Part shown: positions 51,066 to 64,000 of the stretch, piece by piece
How the letters are laid out: each line of letters opens with the position of its first letter
How positions within the stretch are numbered: position 1 is the stretch's first letter
Assembly: GCA_046563655.1 (NCBI GenBank)
Contig: CM102285.1
Span: 14,260,001 to 14,324,000 of the forward strand
DNA length: 64,000 bases
Reading direction: 5' to 3'
From: Yuukianura sp. NJ FZ-2021
Lineage: Eukaryota
Notes under the pieces: generated by a model
What the model was told of the DNA's origin: nothing
Database searches by the model: none
Seen by the model: the letters and a program-made list of their open reading frames with translations, nothing else
Made by a program: the position numbers and the translations under genes

Positions 51066-52017
51066 GATTTTTTTGCTTTTAAGATCATTTTTGGTCCCGG
51101 GAATCATTCTGAGTTCAGTCGTGAATAGATTAGGTTCGGAAAGCAATCCGTTCCCGAAATATGAGTTTTCAAAATATTTAACGCTACAGATCTTCCCATT
51201 TTCCTATTACAAGGAGTAATTAAATATAACTAAAACGATTAATCATTACAATTTAAATTTGTACTAATTTGCACTTAACTTTAGAAGTTGCTGAAGGTTC
51301 ATGAAAATGCTGGACTAAAACAATTAAAATTCAAACGTACTTCATGAAGTGAAAATTTGTGTCTCTGTTTTTCAAAATTTTGAAAATGATCTTTGACATT
51401 GACACACTGATTTCAAGTCAGTATAACACGATGAGTAAACAGCAAAAAGTGAAACCATAAAATAAAATTGACGACCCAATTAAAATTTAAAATTTGACAA
51501 TTTCAAGAGACAAATTGGACAATAATTGTCCAAGTTTTTGTCTCTGTTCAACTTTTTCAAGTCGTCGTCAAACGTTGTGTTTTTGAAAATGGACAATTAC
51601 GCAAGCAAGATCCAATTTGCACTTAAATTGAGCCCTTCACTTCCAGATCCTCTGCGCAGGTCAGCAATTGGTCAAATTGTCTTGACATGAATAATGCAGT
51701 GACTACAGGTTGACGATGTTCACAGAACAGCGTCACTCTACAACTCTTTGAAGTGATTTTGAAAGCAATTTGAGACTAAACTAATTAAGTAACTAAATTA
51801 TCAGTTAGTTAAGCTCGTCGTCACCTCATGCAAGAGACCAATTTGGATTGCCAAGGATTCCCTCATAGCCTCATTCAGAAGTCAATTGCTTGAACTTGGA
51901 ATTGATCGGAGTGCGCAGCCGCAAACCAGATTTTAGTCAAAATTCAACATTTGAAAGTCGCAAAATCAAGCAGAAGAGTCAGAGGTCATTTGGACGTCGC
52001 TTGGACAAGGAGACGCC

Positions 52018-55000
52018 ATGCCAAGCTACTATGTCAACAAGGGATTCGACACGGACAACGAAGTTCAGGTAACTTTTGACGTTTTGAACTTTCGACTTTT
52101 TGACCTTTGACCTCAGATTTTTGTGTTTTAGTTGAAGGATGTTAGCGGGAGTTACAGAAATGGAGTTGAGCAGAATCCGCCTAGGAAAAGCATTATCGGC
52201 GAAACGTATTGTGTGGACGAGCACAGAGTGCCGCTGGAAGACTTGCTCAAGCGATACGCCTCAAATGTGTCCAGGGTAAGCTTTCGTTTTTTGAAATTTC
52301 AAAATTTTGAAAATTTTTGGGAAAATTTTCATTTTTTTTTGTCGCAGGGCCTCAAAGCAGACCAAGTTGAACAGAACAGAGAAAAACATGGACGAAACGT
52401 TTTGACCCCACCGAAGAAACCGTCCAGAGCGTTTGAATTTGCAAAATGCTTGATTGGCGGGCTGTGTGCTTTGCTGTGGGGCTGTGCCATCCTGAGTATT
52501 GGATCCTACTCGTCCCAGTATTTCTACACCGACAACATTTCCACAGACAATGTAAGAAGCTCCAGGAATTGAATTTTTCGAAATTTTGAAAAAATATTAA
52601 TTTTGAAGATTTTGATTTTCCTTTTGTGTTTCAGCTTTTCCTGGGCATCTCCATTCTCATTGTCATCTGCGTGTCAGCTTCGTTTGAATTCTACCAAAAA
52701 TTTAAATCAGACAGAATCATGCAGTCGTTCAAAAACATGGCGCCAAGATTCGCCAAGGTCACGCGGGATGGCAAAATGGAAGAAATTCCTGTCGACGATT
52801 TGGTCGTCGGTGATATTGTAGACATTAAATATGGTAAAAATATAAAATGTGTAATTATACAAAATATATTAAATATTATAATATATATTAATGATTTTTT
52901 TCTACTCAGGTGACCTGATTCCCGCCGACGTTCGGATAATTGAATGCATTGACTTTAAGGTGGACAACAGTTCGCTCACGGGGGAGTCCGAACCGCAACG
53001 ACGCTCTCCCGAATGTACCGACGACAATCCAATGGAAACTAAAAACTTGGCGTTTTTTTCAACGAATGCACTGGAAGGTCATGCCAAAGCACTTGTAGTT
53101 CGGACGGGGTCAAGGACATTCATGGGCAATTTGGCGTCACTTGCCAGTACAGTTGACTCTGGTCCGTCGCCGATCCAGAAAGAAATGTCACGATTTGTGA
53201 TCATCATGACCTTTAGGTCACTTCTGTTCGGTGGAACGTTCTTTATTGTGGCCATGTGCATGGGATATGCCTGGTAAGATCAAAGGTTAAAAATTTTGAA
53301 ATCAAAACCATTTTCAAATAATATGGCATGCATAAAATTCAAAATTACCTTTTCAATTTCCTGTACTCTTCTAGGCTCGATGCAATATTTTTTGTAATTG
53401 GCATTGTAGTGGCCAACGTACCGGAGGGATTGTGAGTCCGAAATTTCCAATTTTGAAGCGCATGGAATGCAAAATTTTTGCATTTTGTTTTTAGAACGGT
53501 GACATTCACGATGATGTTGGCGCTGACAGCCATGCGCATGGCCAGCATCAACTGTTTGGTGAAGAATATCCAATCAGTAGAGACTTTGGGCGCAACGACA
53601 GTAATTTGCAGTGACAAAACTGGGACATTGACGATGAACAAAATGTCCGTTGCACATTTGTGGTACAATAACGACACGCTGGAAGCCGACATCAGTGAAA
53701 CTGTCACCGGGAAAGTCATGGAGGCTGATGATGCTGGATTCCGAGCACTGGCAAATGTCGCTTGTCTTTGTTCAAAAGCCATTTTCAGACCAGGAGACGA
53801 AAATTTACCGGTTTTGAAGCGGTTTGATTCAAAAAAAGTTTAAAATTTTGAAATTTCAGGTTTTTGAATTTTGGATTTCTCATTTAGGGAAGTGAATGGA
53901 GATGCCAGTGAAGCAGCGATTTTGAGGTACATGGAAGACGTTATGGGAAGTGTCGCCAAGTACAGAGCAAAGTATCCGAAACTGATGGAGATTCCATTCA
54001 ATTCTCGCAACAAATATCAAGTATCTATTCATGACATGCGGGATCCAAATGATTCTCGTCATCTTTTGGTCATGAAGGGAGCTCCAGAGAAGGTCATTGC
54101 CTTGTGTGACCAAATCCTCATAGGATCAACGACTCATCCACTCACAGCTCACTGGAGAAACGAATTTGAAAACGTTTATATTTCGATGGGTGGACGAGGT
54201 GAACGAGTGCTTGGATTCTGTGACTGTCTCCTGCCATTGGACAAGTATCCGGTTGGATACAACTTCGATCCGGACGATCCAGTGTTCTTGACTGAAGGGC
54301 ATTTCCGATTTGTTGGTCTCATTTCAATGATTGACCCACCAAGACCTGCTGTTCCTGATGCAGTGGTAAACGTTTCAAGAAGAAAATCAACGTTTTTGAA
54401 ACGTTTTGTTGAGACGTTTTTGAAACGTTTTATGGAAACGGTTTTGAAACGTATGGAAACGTTTTTGAAACGTTTTATGGAAACGATTTTGAAACGGTTT
54501 ATGGAAACGATTTTGAAACGTTTTATGGAAACGTTTTTGAAACAGATGGAAACGTTTTTGAAGCGTTTTATTGAAACGTTTTTGTTTCGTAGGCTAAATG
54601 TCGAGGTGCTGGAATCAAAGTGGTGATGGTGACTGGCGACCATCCGATTACGGCAAAAGCAATCGCACGTTCAGTTGGTATTTTATCGGAAGGGAACTTG
54701 ACGATAGAAGAAACGGCTCAGCGGCACGGTGTCACCGTGGACGAAATTGATCCAAATACAATCAAAGCCGCTGTGGTCACTGGAGCCGAACTTCAACTTC
54801 TGAGTCAAGAGCAACTTCAAAACGTTTTGACCAATCACAAAGAAATCGTCTTCGCTAGAACTTCTCCAGAACAAAAGTACACAATTGTCGAAGCGTTTCA
54901 AAATTTGGGTCACGTTGTAGCTTCAACTGGTGACGGTGTCAACGATTCTCCAGCTCTAAAGAAAGCAGACATTGGTAAGCATGTCAGAGCCATGTAAGGA

Positions 55001-56304
55001 TGTAAATCCGGATTTTTGACGGAATCGGATTTTTCAAAATCCGAATTTCAAATCCGTCAAAATCCGAAATCCAGATTTCTAACAAGCGGTGACAGATAGA
55101 TCTTCTCTTCAGCACTAAAACCCTGACATGACCATGACCTATATTAACTTAAACGTCACATTTTCGTTTCAGGAGTGGCCATGGGAATCAGCGGTAGTGA
55201 AGTATCGAAAGAAACTGCTGACATGGTCCTGATTGACGACAACTTTACTTCAATTGTTGCTGGAGTTGAGCAAGGACGTTTGATTTTCGACAATTTGAAG
55301 AAACTAATTTGCTACAACTTGGCCGACAACATTGCTGAAATGTACAGCGTTTGGGTGTTTATCGTGTTGGGATGTCCACTGCCCATGGGCACAATTGCCA
55401 TGTTGCTCAGTGTGTGTTGTACTGACGTGTATCCAGCCATTTCCATTACACATGAAAAAGCAGAAAGTGATATCATGAAACTGACACCCAGAGATCCCAG
55501 GAAGGGCAAACTGGTCACTCCGCAGTAAGTATTGCACTAAAAATCGTTTTCAGAAACTTCAAATTTTTAAACAAGTTTGGCAACTTTCTAGGCTGTTGTC
55601 CTACACTTACGGACAAACATCGGTGTTTGAACTTGCTTCTGGATTCTTTTCGTACTATGTCGTAATGGGTTACAATGGATTCAGTCCTTGGAGACTCTAC
55701 AACTTAAACTCCGCCTGGACCAACAATGCCATCAATGACCTCCAGGATTCCTATGGCCAAGAGTGGGCATACAGTTCACGAGCTGAACTGGGATTTGTGG
55801 CACAAACGTGCTTCTTTGTGTCCATCGTCATGACTCAAATGTCCAATGTCATCATTTGCAAGACGAGACGCTTGACACTTTGGCAACAAGGCATGACGTA
55901 AGACCTAAAAGTGTAAAAAATTTTTATGAATTTTAAAAATCTACATGCTCAAATTCAAAATTGGATTTTTGTTGACCTGGAGAGCAGAAATTGGACAATG
56001 AACTTTGCTCTTTGCGTGGAGGTTGGGCTAATGTGCTTCCTCGTCTTCACTCCCTATGTCAATTCAGCAGTAAATCTAAGACCAATCAGGTAACTGAATT
56101 CAAAAACTTGCAAAAAACTTTTTAAATTAATCGATTGATTGGAGTTAATCATGAATTATATTGATTGTTTTTGTTTTCAGATGGGAATGTTTTGTTCCGC
56201 CACTTCCGTTTATGTTACTCATGATTCTGTATGATGAAGCCCGCCGTTTCTGTGTTCGTCATACTTCGGAGGGGTCATGGGTACATGGAGAATTTTACAC
56301 TTAA
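52018..56304 (+). CDS. P-type IIC ATPase alpha subunit (Na+/K+-ATPase alpha-like, divergent), ~13 exons
   Basis: [78 protein letters not shown]. Confidence 0.95.
54385..54582. repeat. 21-24-bp minisatellite in an ATPase intron
   Basis: (GAAACGTTTTTGAAACGTTTTATG)n-like, ~8 units. Confidence 0.9.
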
Positions 56305-56485
56305 GAAAACGTTCAAAAAATGTGTAGTTTAGCTCAAGATTTTCAATAAATTTTTTTCACAATTTACAATTTTTTTCAAAACTTACAATTTGCAAATCAT
56401 AAAAGTCAAATAGAACAAAAACTTTTTTCTCCCAAGCGAATTTACAAATCCAATTTGTAGGTTGTCTGATTGCCAAGTAGTTGTT

Positions 56486-57212
56486 GGAAAAAGTGAAATA
56501 TTTAGTGTCTATTGTTTAATTACTATTTGAATGTATTGTTTTAATTGTGAGTTTAATCATGAACTTTGCTCCAACAATTAATTAATTGGTCGAAGTAAAC
56601 TTTGGTCCGCCGCCTGTCCCCACCCGTTCAAATTTTCGCGCTGCTTCTATTGTACCCACCCATTGTCCCCACCGGGTGGAGACAAATGTCTCCACTTGGT
56701 GGGGACAAATTTGTACCCACCAGGCTTACACCGAGTCCCCCTAGCGGCTGAAGTGGAACTAGCGAATTCGAGCTGGCAACGTTGCAGCATTACTCCATTG
56801 TACCCACCCAGGGCAAATTTAATCAACATAGCGAAACTCAATTTAAATTAAACCTACAGACGTAATCAGTATTGCGTGCTTTACCAAACCTAACGCCGCG
56901 CCTTCGGCGCGGGAAAATATAACAGGATTTACCTAATCAAAAAGGTAACAACGTTGCCAGCTTGAATTCAGAGGTTACTGTATTGCCGCTAGGTGGATGT
57001 ACTGCTTTTGGCTGTGGTGGGGACAAATGTATCCATTCAGTGGGGACAATGGGTGGGTACAATGTAAGCAGCGCGAAAATTTGAACGGGTGGGGACAGGC
57101 GGCGGACCAAGGAAAAAGTGAAATATTTAGTGTCTATTGTTTAATTACTATTTGAATGTATTGTTTTAATTGTGAGTTTAATCATGAACTTTGCTCCAAC
57201 AATTAATTAATT
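56486..57212. repeat. 102-bp direct duplication flanking the foldback element (56486-56587 and 57111-57212)
   Basis: GGAAAAAGTGAAATATTTAG...CCAACAATTAATTAATT present twice, apparently identical. Confidence 0.9.
56602..57110. mobile_element. Foldback/MITE with ~70-bp near-perfect TIRs
   Basis: TTGGTCCGCCGCCTGTCCCCACCCGTTCAAATTTTCGCGCTGCTT... vs ...AAGCAGCGCGAAAATTTGAACGGGTGGGGACAGGCGGCGGACCAA; nested inner inverted repeats. Confidence 0.9.
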
Positions 57213-57634
57213 AATTTAGGTTTGGTTTAAGCATCTCCAATAGACTAGAATGTTGAGACTAGAAAAGGCGGGAAAGACTCAACTCCTTTAAACTGGAAAA
57301 GTTTTGACAGATTTTTTTTTCTTCATGTTTTCGTTTTTTGTCTCTTCCTCTCTTCATTTCATTTTCACATTTCGATTTCACGTTCACCCACCATTACGTG
57401 TGAATAAACTAATCAGCTGTTAATTCATTTTTGAGGGCTGATTACTAATCGTTTCTAACTTACTGAAGTCCAGGGAATAATCTGCGTTTCGAAAATATCA
57501 ATTTCGGTCAAGGAGGGAGTTACGCTCGAGGGTGCAGGTCATCGACCGTAGGAAGTGAGATGAAAAACATGTTTTTATTAGTATGTTACAACAACAAAAG
57601 TCTTATTAATTAATTGGTTAATTGTTTAAATAGG

Positions 57635-59260
<1,626 letters not shown>

Positions 59261-60117
59261 CCCACACTCAAACAAAACCCAATCAATAATTCAGCAGAAT
59301 CGAACCGCAGAGCTGGCACTCTGTCCAGACTGTTGTGGACATTTACGATTAGATTTTTACGACTAAAACCGGAATTAGGCTAAAGATTTTCAGATTTTCT
59401 TTGTAAAATCTTGAACTCTCATGGAATATCCTAATTCCGTAATTTATTTGACGCCTTTTTCAATAAGCCCGGAACTTATTAGGCTTCCGCTGTTTTGAAA
59501 AAAAAGAAAACAAAACTTGACAATGCAGTTGCAGCAAAATTTTTACATGCTGTTAACATTTTGCTGTAAATTGCACATTTTTTCTATTTCTTACTAGAAA
59601 TCTAATTCGTAAAAGTCCCTTTCTACTTGCTAGATTCCTCTACGATTTACTTCATTGCACGTTCATCTTTCCTTGTTGTATTAAAACTAAATCCGAATCG
59701 GAATCCAATTAGTAATCGAAAAGTCAAGTTATCGAATCATTCTCACTGTTTCCGTTTTTCATAACATTTCTTTTTGCATTTATGATTTAGTTTGTAAGTA
59801 TTTTGTTGACGCCTTGTTTATTGCAAATGATTTGTAAGGTGTGTCGCAGAATCTTAATTGAAATTGTGTGCAAATTTTTTTTGGCAAAACCCCGTTGTTG
59901 CAAAAATTCCCATGATACGCATTGCCTTTGGGGCGAAGACGACAGAAAGTGTCCGCGGGAAGAGAAAGCAACAAAAGATCATCCGGAGATGAATCATCTC
60001 TTCATCTCAATTCAACAGACACACAGGAAGTTTATGTCGCAGAGTTTACTAACATTGATAAAGTACAGTGACCTTTGACCGCTGCGCAGTATTTTTGAAC
60101 TAAACTTGGAAACAACG

Positions 60118-63100
60118 ATGTTTGGTTTTGGTAAAAAGAAGGCTCCTCCGCCTTCACAAGAGAAACGTGCGAGAACGTCTGGAGGAAGAACGAAGGAAGA
60201 TTACAAAGACGATTTGGCCAAGGTAATTAAGGATTTTGATTAACTGACTTTCGATTAGTCGGTTTTTCCAATCTTTTTGTCTTTTGTCAGCTCGGGTTGC
60301 TAGGAATCGGAGTTGATGACTTTGATATTGACAATGCTGGGAACGACTTGGATTCAGAACCAGATGAAGCCGATTTGGAAGACGAATTGCTGGCAATCCT
60401 TGGTCAAGATGGTGGCTCAACAGACATGTTACTTCCGGAGGTCAAGCCGAAACCAACTCCAGTCCGTCAAGCACCTCCACCCACGAGCCAGTACAACTCA
60501 GGACCACCAGAAGCAGTTCCTCCACCAGAGACATCCAGTGAATCGATTTTTAAAGCACCACCTCCTCCCTCGACCATTCAAGAAGCACTGGATCAACGAT
60601 TAGCAAAGTATAAATCGGAATTGGACAAGGCAACTACTGCCAACGAAGGACCAAGTAAAGTGAGACGAATAGGACGAATAGTAAAGCAGTATGAAGATGC
60701 TGTCAAGGATTATAAGAAAGGACGTCCAGTTGCCTTCGATGAACTTCCAACACCGCCTGGATATGGTCCAATTCCTTCCGATGGAAGTTCACAACCTCAG
60801 TTACAACAATCTCCTCCAGCTCCGGACGTACCAGTACCACCTCCACGTCAAAAATTAGTTGAAGTTTCTGACTTTCATAAGAATGAAACAGTCGATAACG
60901 AACCTGGTCCACCTATGATATCATCCGATGAACCACGGCGATATCCAAGTCAGCCCCAACCGGAACCTGAAGTGACCTTGGAGAATGCCCAACTAAACGT
61001 TGTCTTAGGAAGACAAAAACAGCTGAAAGAGGCTGCAGTGGAAGCAAAACGAAACGGAGATATTGAATTAGCGAAGGAGTATTTACGAGCTTCGAAAGGA
61101 CTTGACACGATGATTCAAAGTTTACAAGGCGAATCATCTGTAGAGGTAGACATACCCACGGTATGTTTCTATGTGTGCAATAAAATTCAATTACTAATTG
61201 AATCGCTGAATTATGAAATCTTGATTTTGTTTTTAGCTCCCCACGGTGGAATCCGTTTTCATCAGGTTGTCGGAGATGAAGGCAGTGAGAGACGAACCAG
61301 TCAGTAGTGGTGGAATTCAAGTTGAACCAATACAAACGACGGCTCCACTTTTACAGCCGGAGCCACCAGCTGACCCTCCAACTGATGCCAATCTCGAGTC
61401 TATATTCAATGCTCCTCCACCTCCGAAAACAATCGCTGAAGCGCTTGATCAGCGTCTGGAGAAGTATAAATCCGAAGTCCAAAAGGCCAACGAAACAAGT
61501 AACTCTGGAAAAGCTAGAAGGATGGGTCGGATTGTCAAGCAATACGAAGAAGCAATCGCTGCTCACAAGAAAGGCCGTCCAATTGCCTTCGATGAACTGC
61601 CGACTCCTCCTGGATTTGGTCCTATTCCTACTGGAGCTCCGCCTCCAACCACCGCTACGCCTGCTCCAGCATCAGCATCAGTGTCTGGTTCGTCAAGTTC
61701 TCCAGCACAGCCAGCAGCATCAGCATCTTCAGCAGAAGCTCCTAGAGTATCCCCGGGTCAAGGTCACACTGGTTCGATCAACCGCGGTGCTAATAAACCC
61801 CAGACGAAATTGACGTTACAAGAGAAACAACTGCAGGCAATACTGGAACGACAGAAGAAATTCAAAGAAGCTGCGCTAAATGCCAAGAATCGCGGAGATA
61901 TTGACCAGGCTAAGGAATTTCTTAGAACTGCCAAAGGATTTGACAAGTTGGTTCAAGCATCTGAAGCGGGACTGCCAGTAGATATGAACACAGTACGTAA
62001 TTTCAAAATTTGAAACAAAATTTTCAAATTTTTAAACATTTGGAATTCTTTGGATCACAATTTACGATTTTTGAATTTCCAGTTGCCTTCACCTCCGGAA
62101 GCTGTGGACGCATTGAAGTTAGAAACGAGTGATGACTTTGAAATTGTACGTGCCGGTGATTGCATTCCGCCGCCAGAAGGAAGTGCTGCGGAAGTATTTT
62201 CCAAATTAGAACACGATTTGCGGGAACAGCTAAAAGTAGGTTTTAAAAACCGTACAAACTAAGTTTAGTTTTCACTTCTTTCCATTTTTTGTGGTTCTAA
62301 AAAGTTATGTTCTTTACCACTTTTTGTATAGATGTGTATGACCCATCGGGAACATTTTAAGAACATGGGAGACGTCGCTTCTGGAAATCGATTTGAAAAA
62401 ATGGCGGTAGAAACTAAAAAGGATTTAGACGCTTTGAGAGTTTGCATGAAACAAAATGGTGAACTGCCAAAGTACCATTACGAAAACCGGATTTTCAGCA
62501 TCACAGAGTACGTTTCAATATTTTTGCAAGTGACAATGTCGTCAATGTCATTTTTGCTTGTGCCAATGTCGTAAACAACATTGATTTTGAAATGTTTTGA
62601 CTTGTTTTTCCAGGTGTAACTCGGATTTAGCTGACGACGAAATAGAAATCAGTATTCTGAAAGGCATAAACTACAAAGTTCCAAATCCTACTGACGTTGA
62701 CACATTTGTGAAGGCTGAACTCCCATATCCTTCTGTAAGTACAGAATCTATCACTGATGACATGGTCCACTAAATACTTGAAATTCGTTGATCCTCAACC
62801 TGATGTACATTTTGACTGTGGTGATTAACGATTTAGTTTTGTCTGGTTCATGGACACAAAAATCAAACAAGTTAAATTTTCAAATAATAAGGATTTGAAT
62901 GTTGGATTTGAAACGTTTTGTTGTTGGTTTTAGGCAGAAGAGGCCCAGATGAACAAGACTGGTGTGATTAGAGACACGAATAATCCAGATTACAACATGA
63001 CCTTCAAAATGAAGATCAACAGGACAGCTAGACCATTTCATCGATTTATCCATCGACATGGGGTCAAGTTAGAAGTTTGGTCAAAGGGGTAAGTAATGTG

Positions 63101-63924
63101 GATTCAAAAATTTCAAAATTCAAATTCATGACACCAGAATTTCTGTCCCGCTATTTCCTTCGTAATCGATTCATTTTGGCTCAAAGTCAAAATTGACTTC
63201 GTTTGACTTTCCCGATCAGTTTGACATTTGACTTTTTTGCATGACTTTCCTGATCAGTTTGACCTTTGACTTTTGCTTTTTGTCAAACCTTGTTAGAATT
63301 CTGGAGCATGAAACGCGTGTAGTTTTGTATTTGTTGTATTTTTGGTTTTGTGATTATGTCCCACCAGTGGGTTTTGGTACGGCTTCAAAAAACTGATTTT
63401 GTGTCGTAGCGGATTCCTTCGGTCAAGTACGCTCATTGGAACGGCCACAGTCAAACTACTGCCACTGGAGACGAAATGCACGATGCACGATGCCTTTGAC
63501 GTAAGTCATGCACTTTTCTGTTCAATGAGTTGAGCAATTGCTCTCTAGTTACTAAGTAGTTAATTAACTTTCTGGAATTTGGACTCCACTTGTGGGATTT
63601 TGAAAGGAAACTGGTTATTTCTGGATTTAAACTGCTCAACTTCGGACTCTGTGTCTTGAAGTTGTGTTTTGCAATGCCAGATTATAAATTGACTTGAGTT
63701 GCAACACAATTTATCACTTTTACTAACTGACAGGATACAGAAATAACACTTCTTGGAATAGATGAATACATGACCACTGTCACTGACACTTTTGTTACTT
63801 CCAGGTTCTGGAAGGGCGGAGGCCAGTGGGCAAGATAGAGGTCAAGGTGCGACTCCGTGAACCTGTTCTAACTAAGCAAATTACTCAAAGGAAAGAAAAG
63901 TGGCTAACAATCGATCGAGTATGA
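60118..63924 (+). CDS. CC2D1: Coiled-coil and C2 domain protein 1 / lethal(2) giant discs 1; 4 DM14 + C2
   Basis: DM14 repeats (RLAKYKS..KVRRIGRIVKQYEDA..ELPTPPGY; RQKQLKEAA..AKEYLR) in two pairs; C2 region with VKLEVWSKG, IEVKVRLREP. Confidence 0.95.
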
Positions 63925-64000
63925 TCAAAAACACTGTGCTAAATGGCGACTTAACTTAAAATTTTAAACTTAATTTCAAACTAACCATAATTTTGCGAAA

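Noticed and set aside
54176..54643. Repetitive ORFs (NVSIKRFK / ETFLKRFM)
   Set aside because: Translation of an intronic minisatellite; ATPase frame resumes via splice sites

Overview
A gene-dense, intron-containing animal locus, most likely a protostome invertebrate (innexin, Wnt10, Dof/BCAP-like adaptor, short AT-rich GT-AG introns); it is not prokaryotic. It holds about 18 protein-coding genes. In order these are LITAF-like, a stand-alone LINE-type AP endonuclease, innexin, Wnt10, a Cys/Pro-rich orphan, a Tctex1-domain gene, SAXO-like, PUSL1, DUSP19, BCAP/Dof-like, ROPN1L, METTL4, an orphan secreted peptide, CWC25, CFAP57, a Na/K-ATPase alpha-like pump, JMJD6 and CC2D1/lgd. There is also a tRNA-Glu(TTC), a ~240-bp tandem array, a solo LTR and several MITE-like elements. 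Most notable: (1) an intact retrotransposon endonuclease starts at the ATG-equivalent of a duplicated copy of the LITAF upstream region, part of which has been amplified ~10x into the tandem array; (2) the P2C ATPase keeps its catalytic core but has rewired cation-binding residues; (3) CWC25 appears to lack its conserved N-terminal branching segment; (4) three cilia/sperm genes have RFX X-boxes at matching distances; (5) an unannotated two-exon secreted propeptide. All family calls come from motif recognition by eye; no searches were run and exon boundaries are manual.
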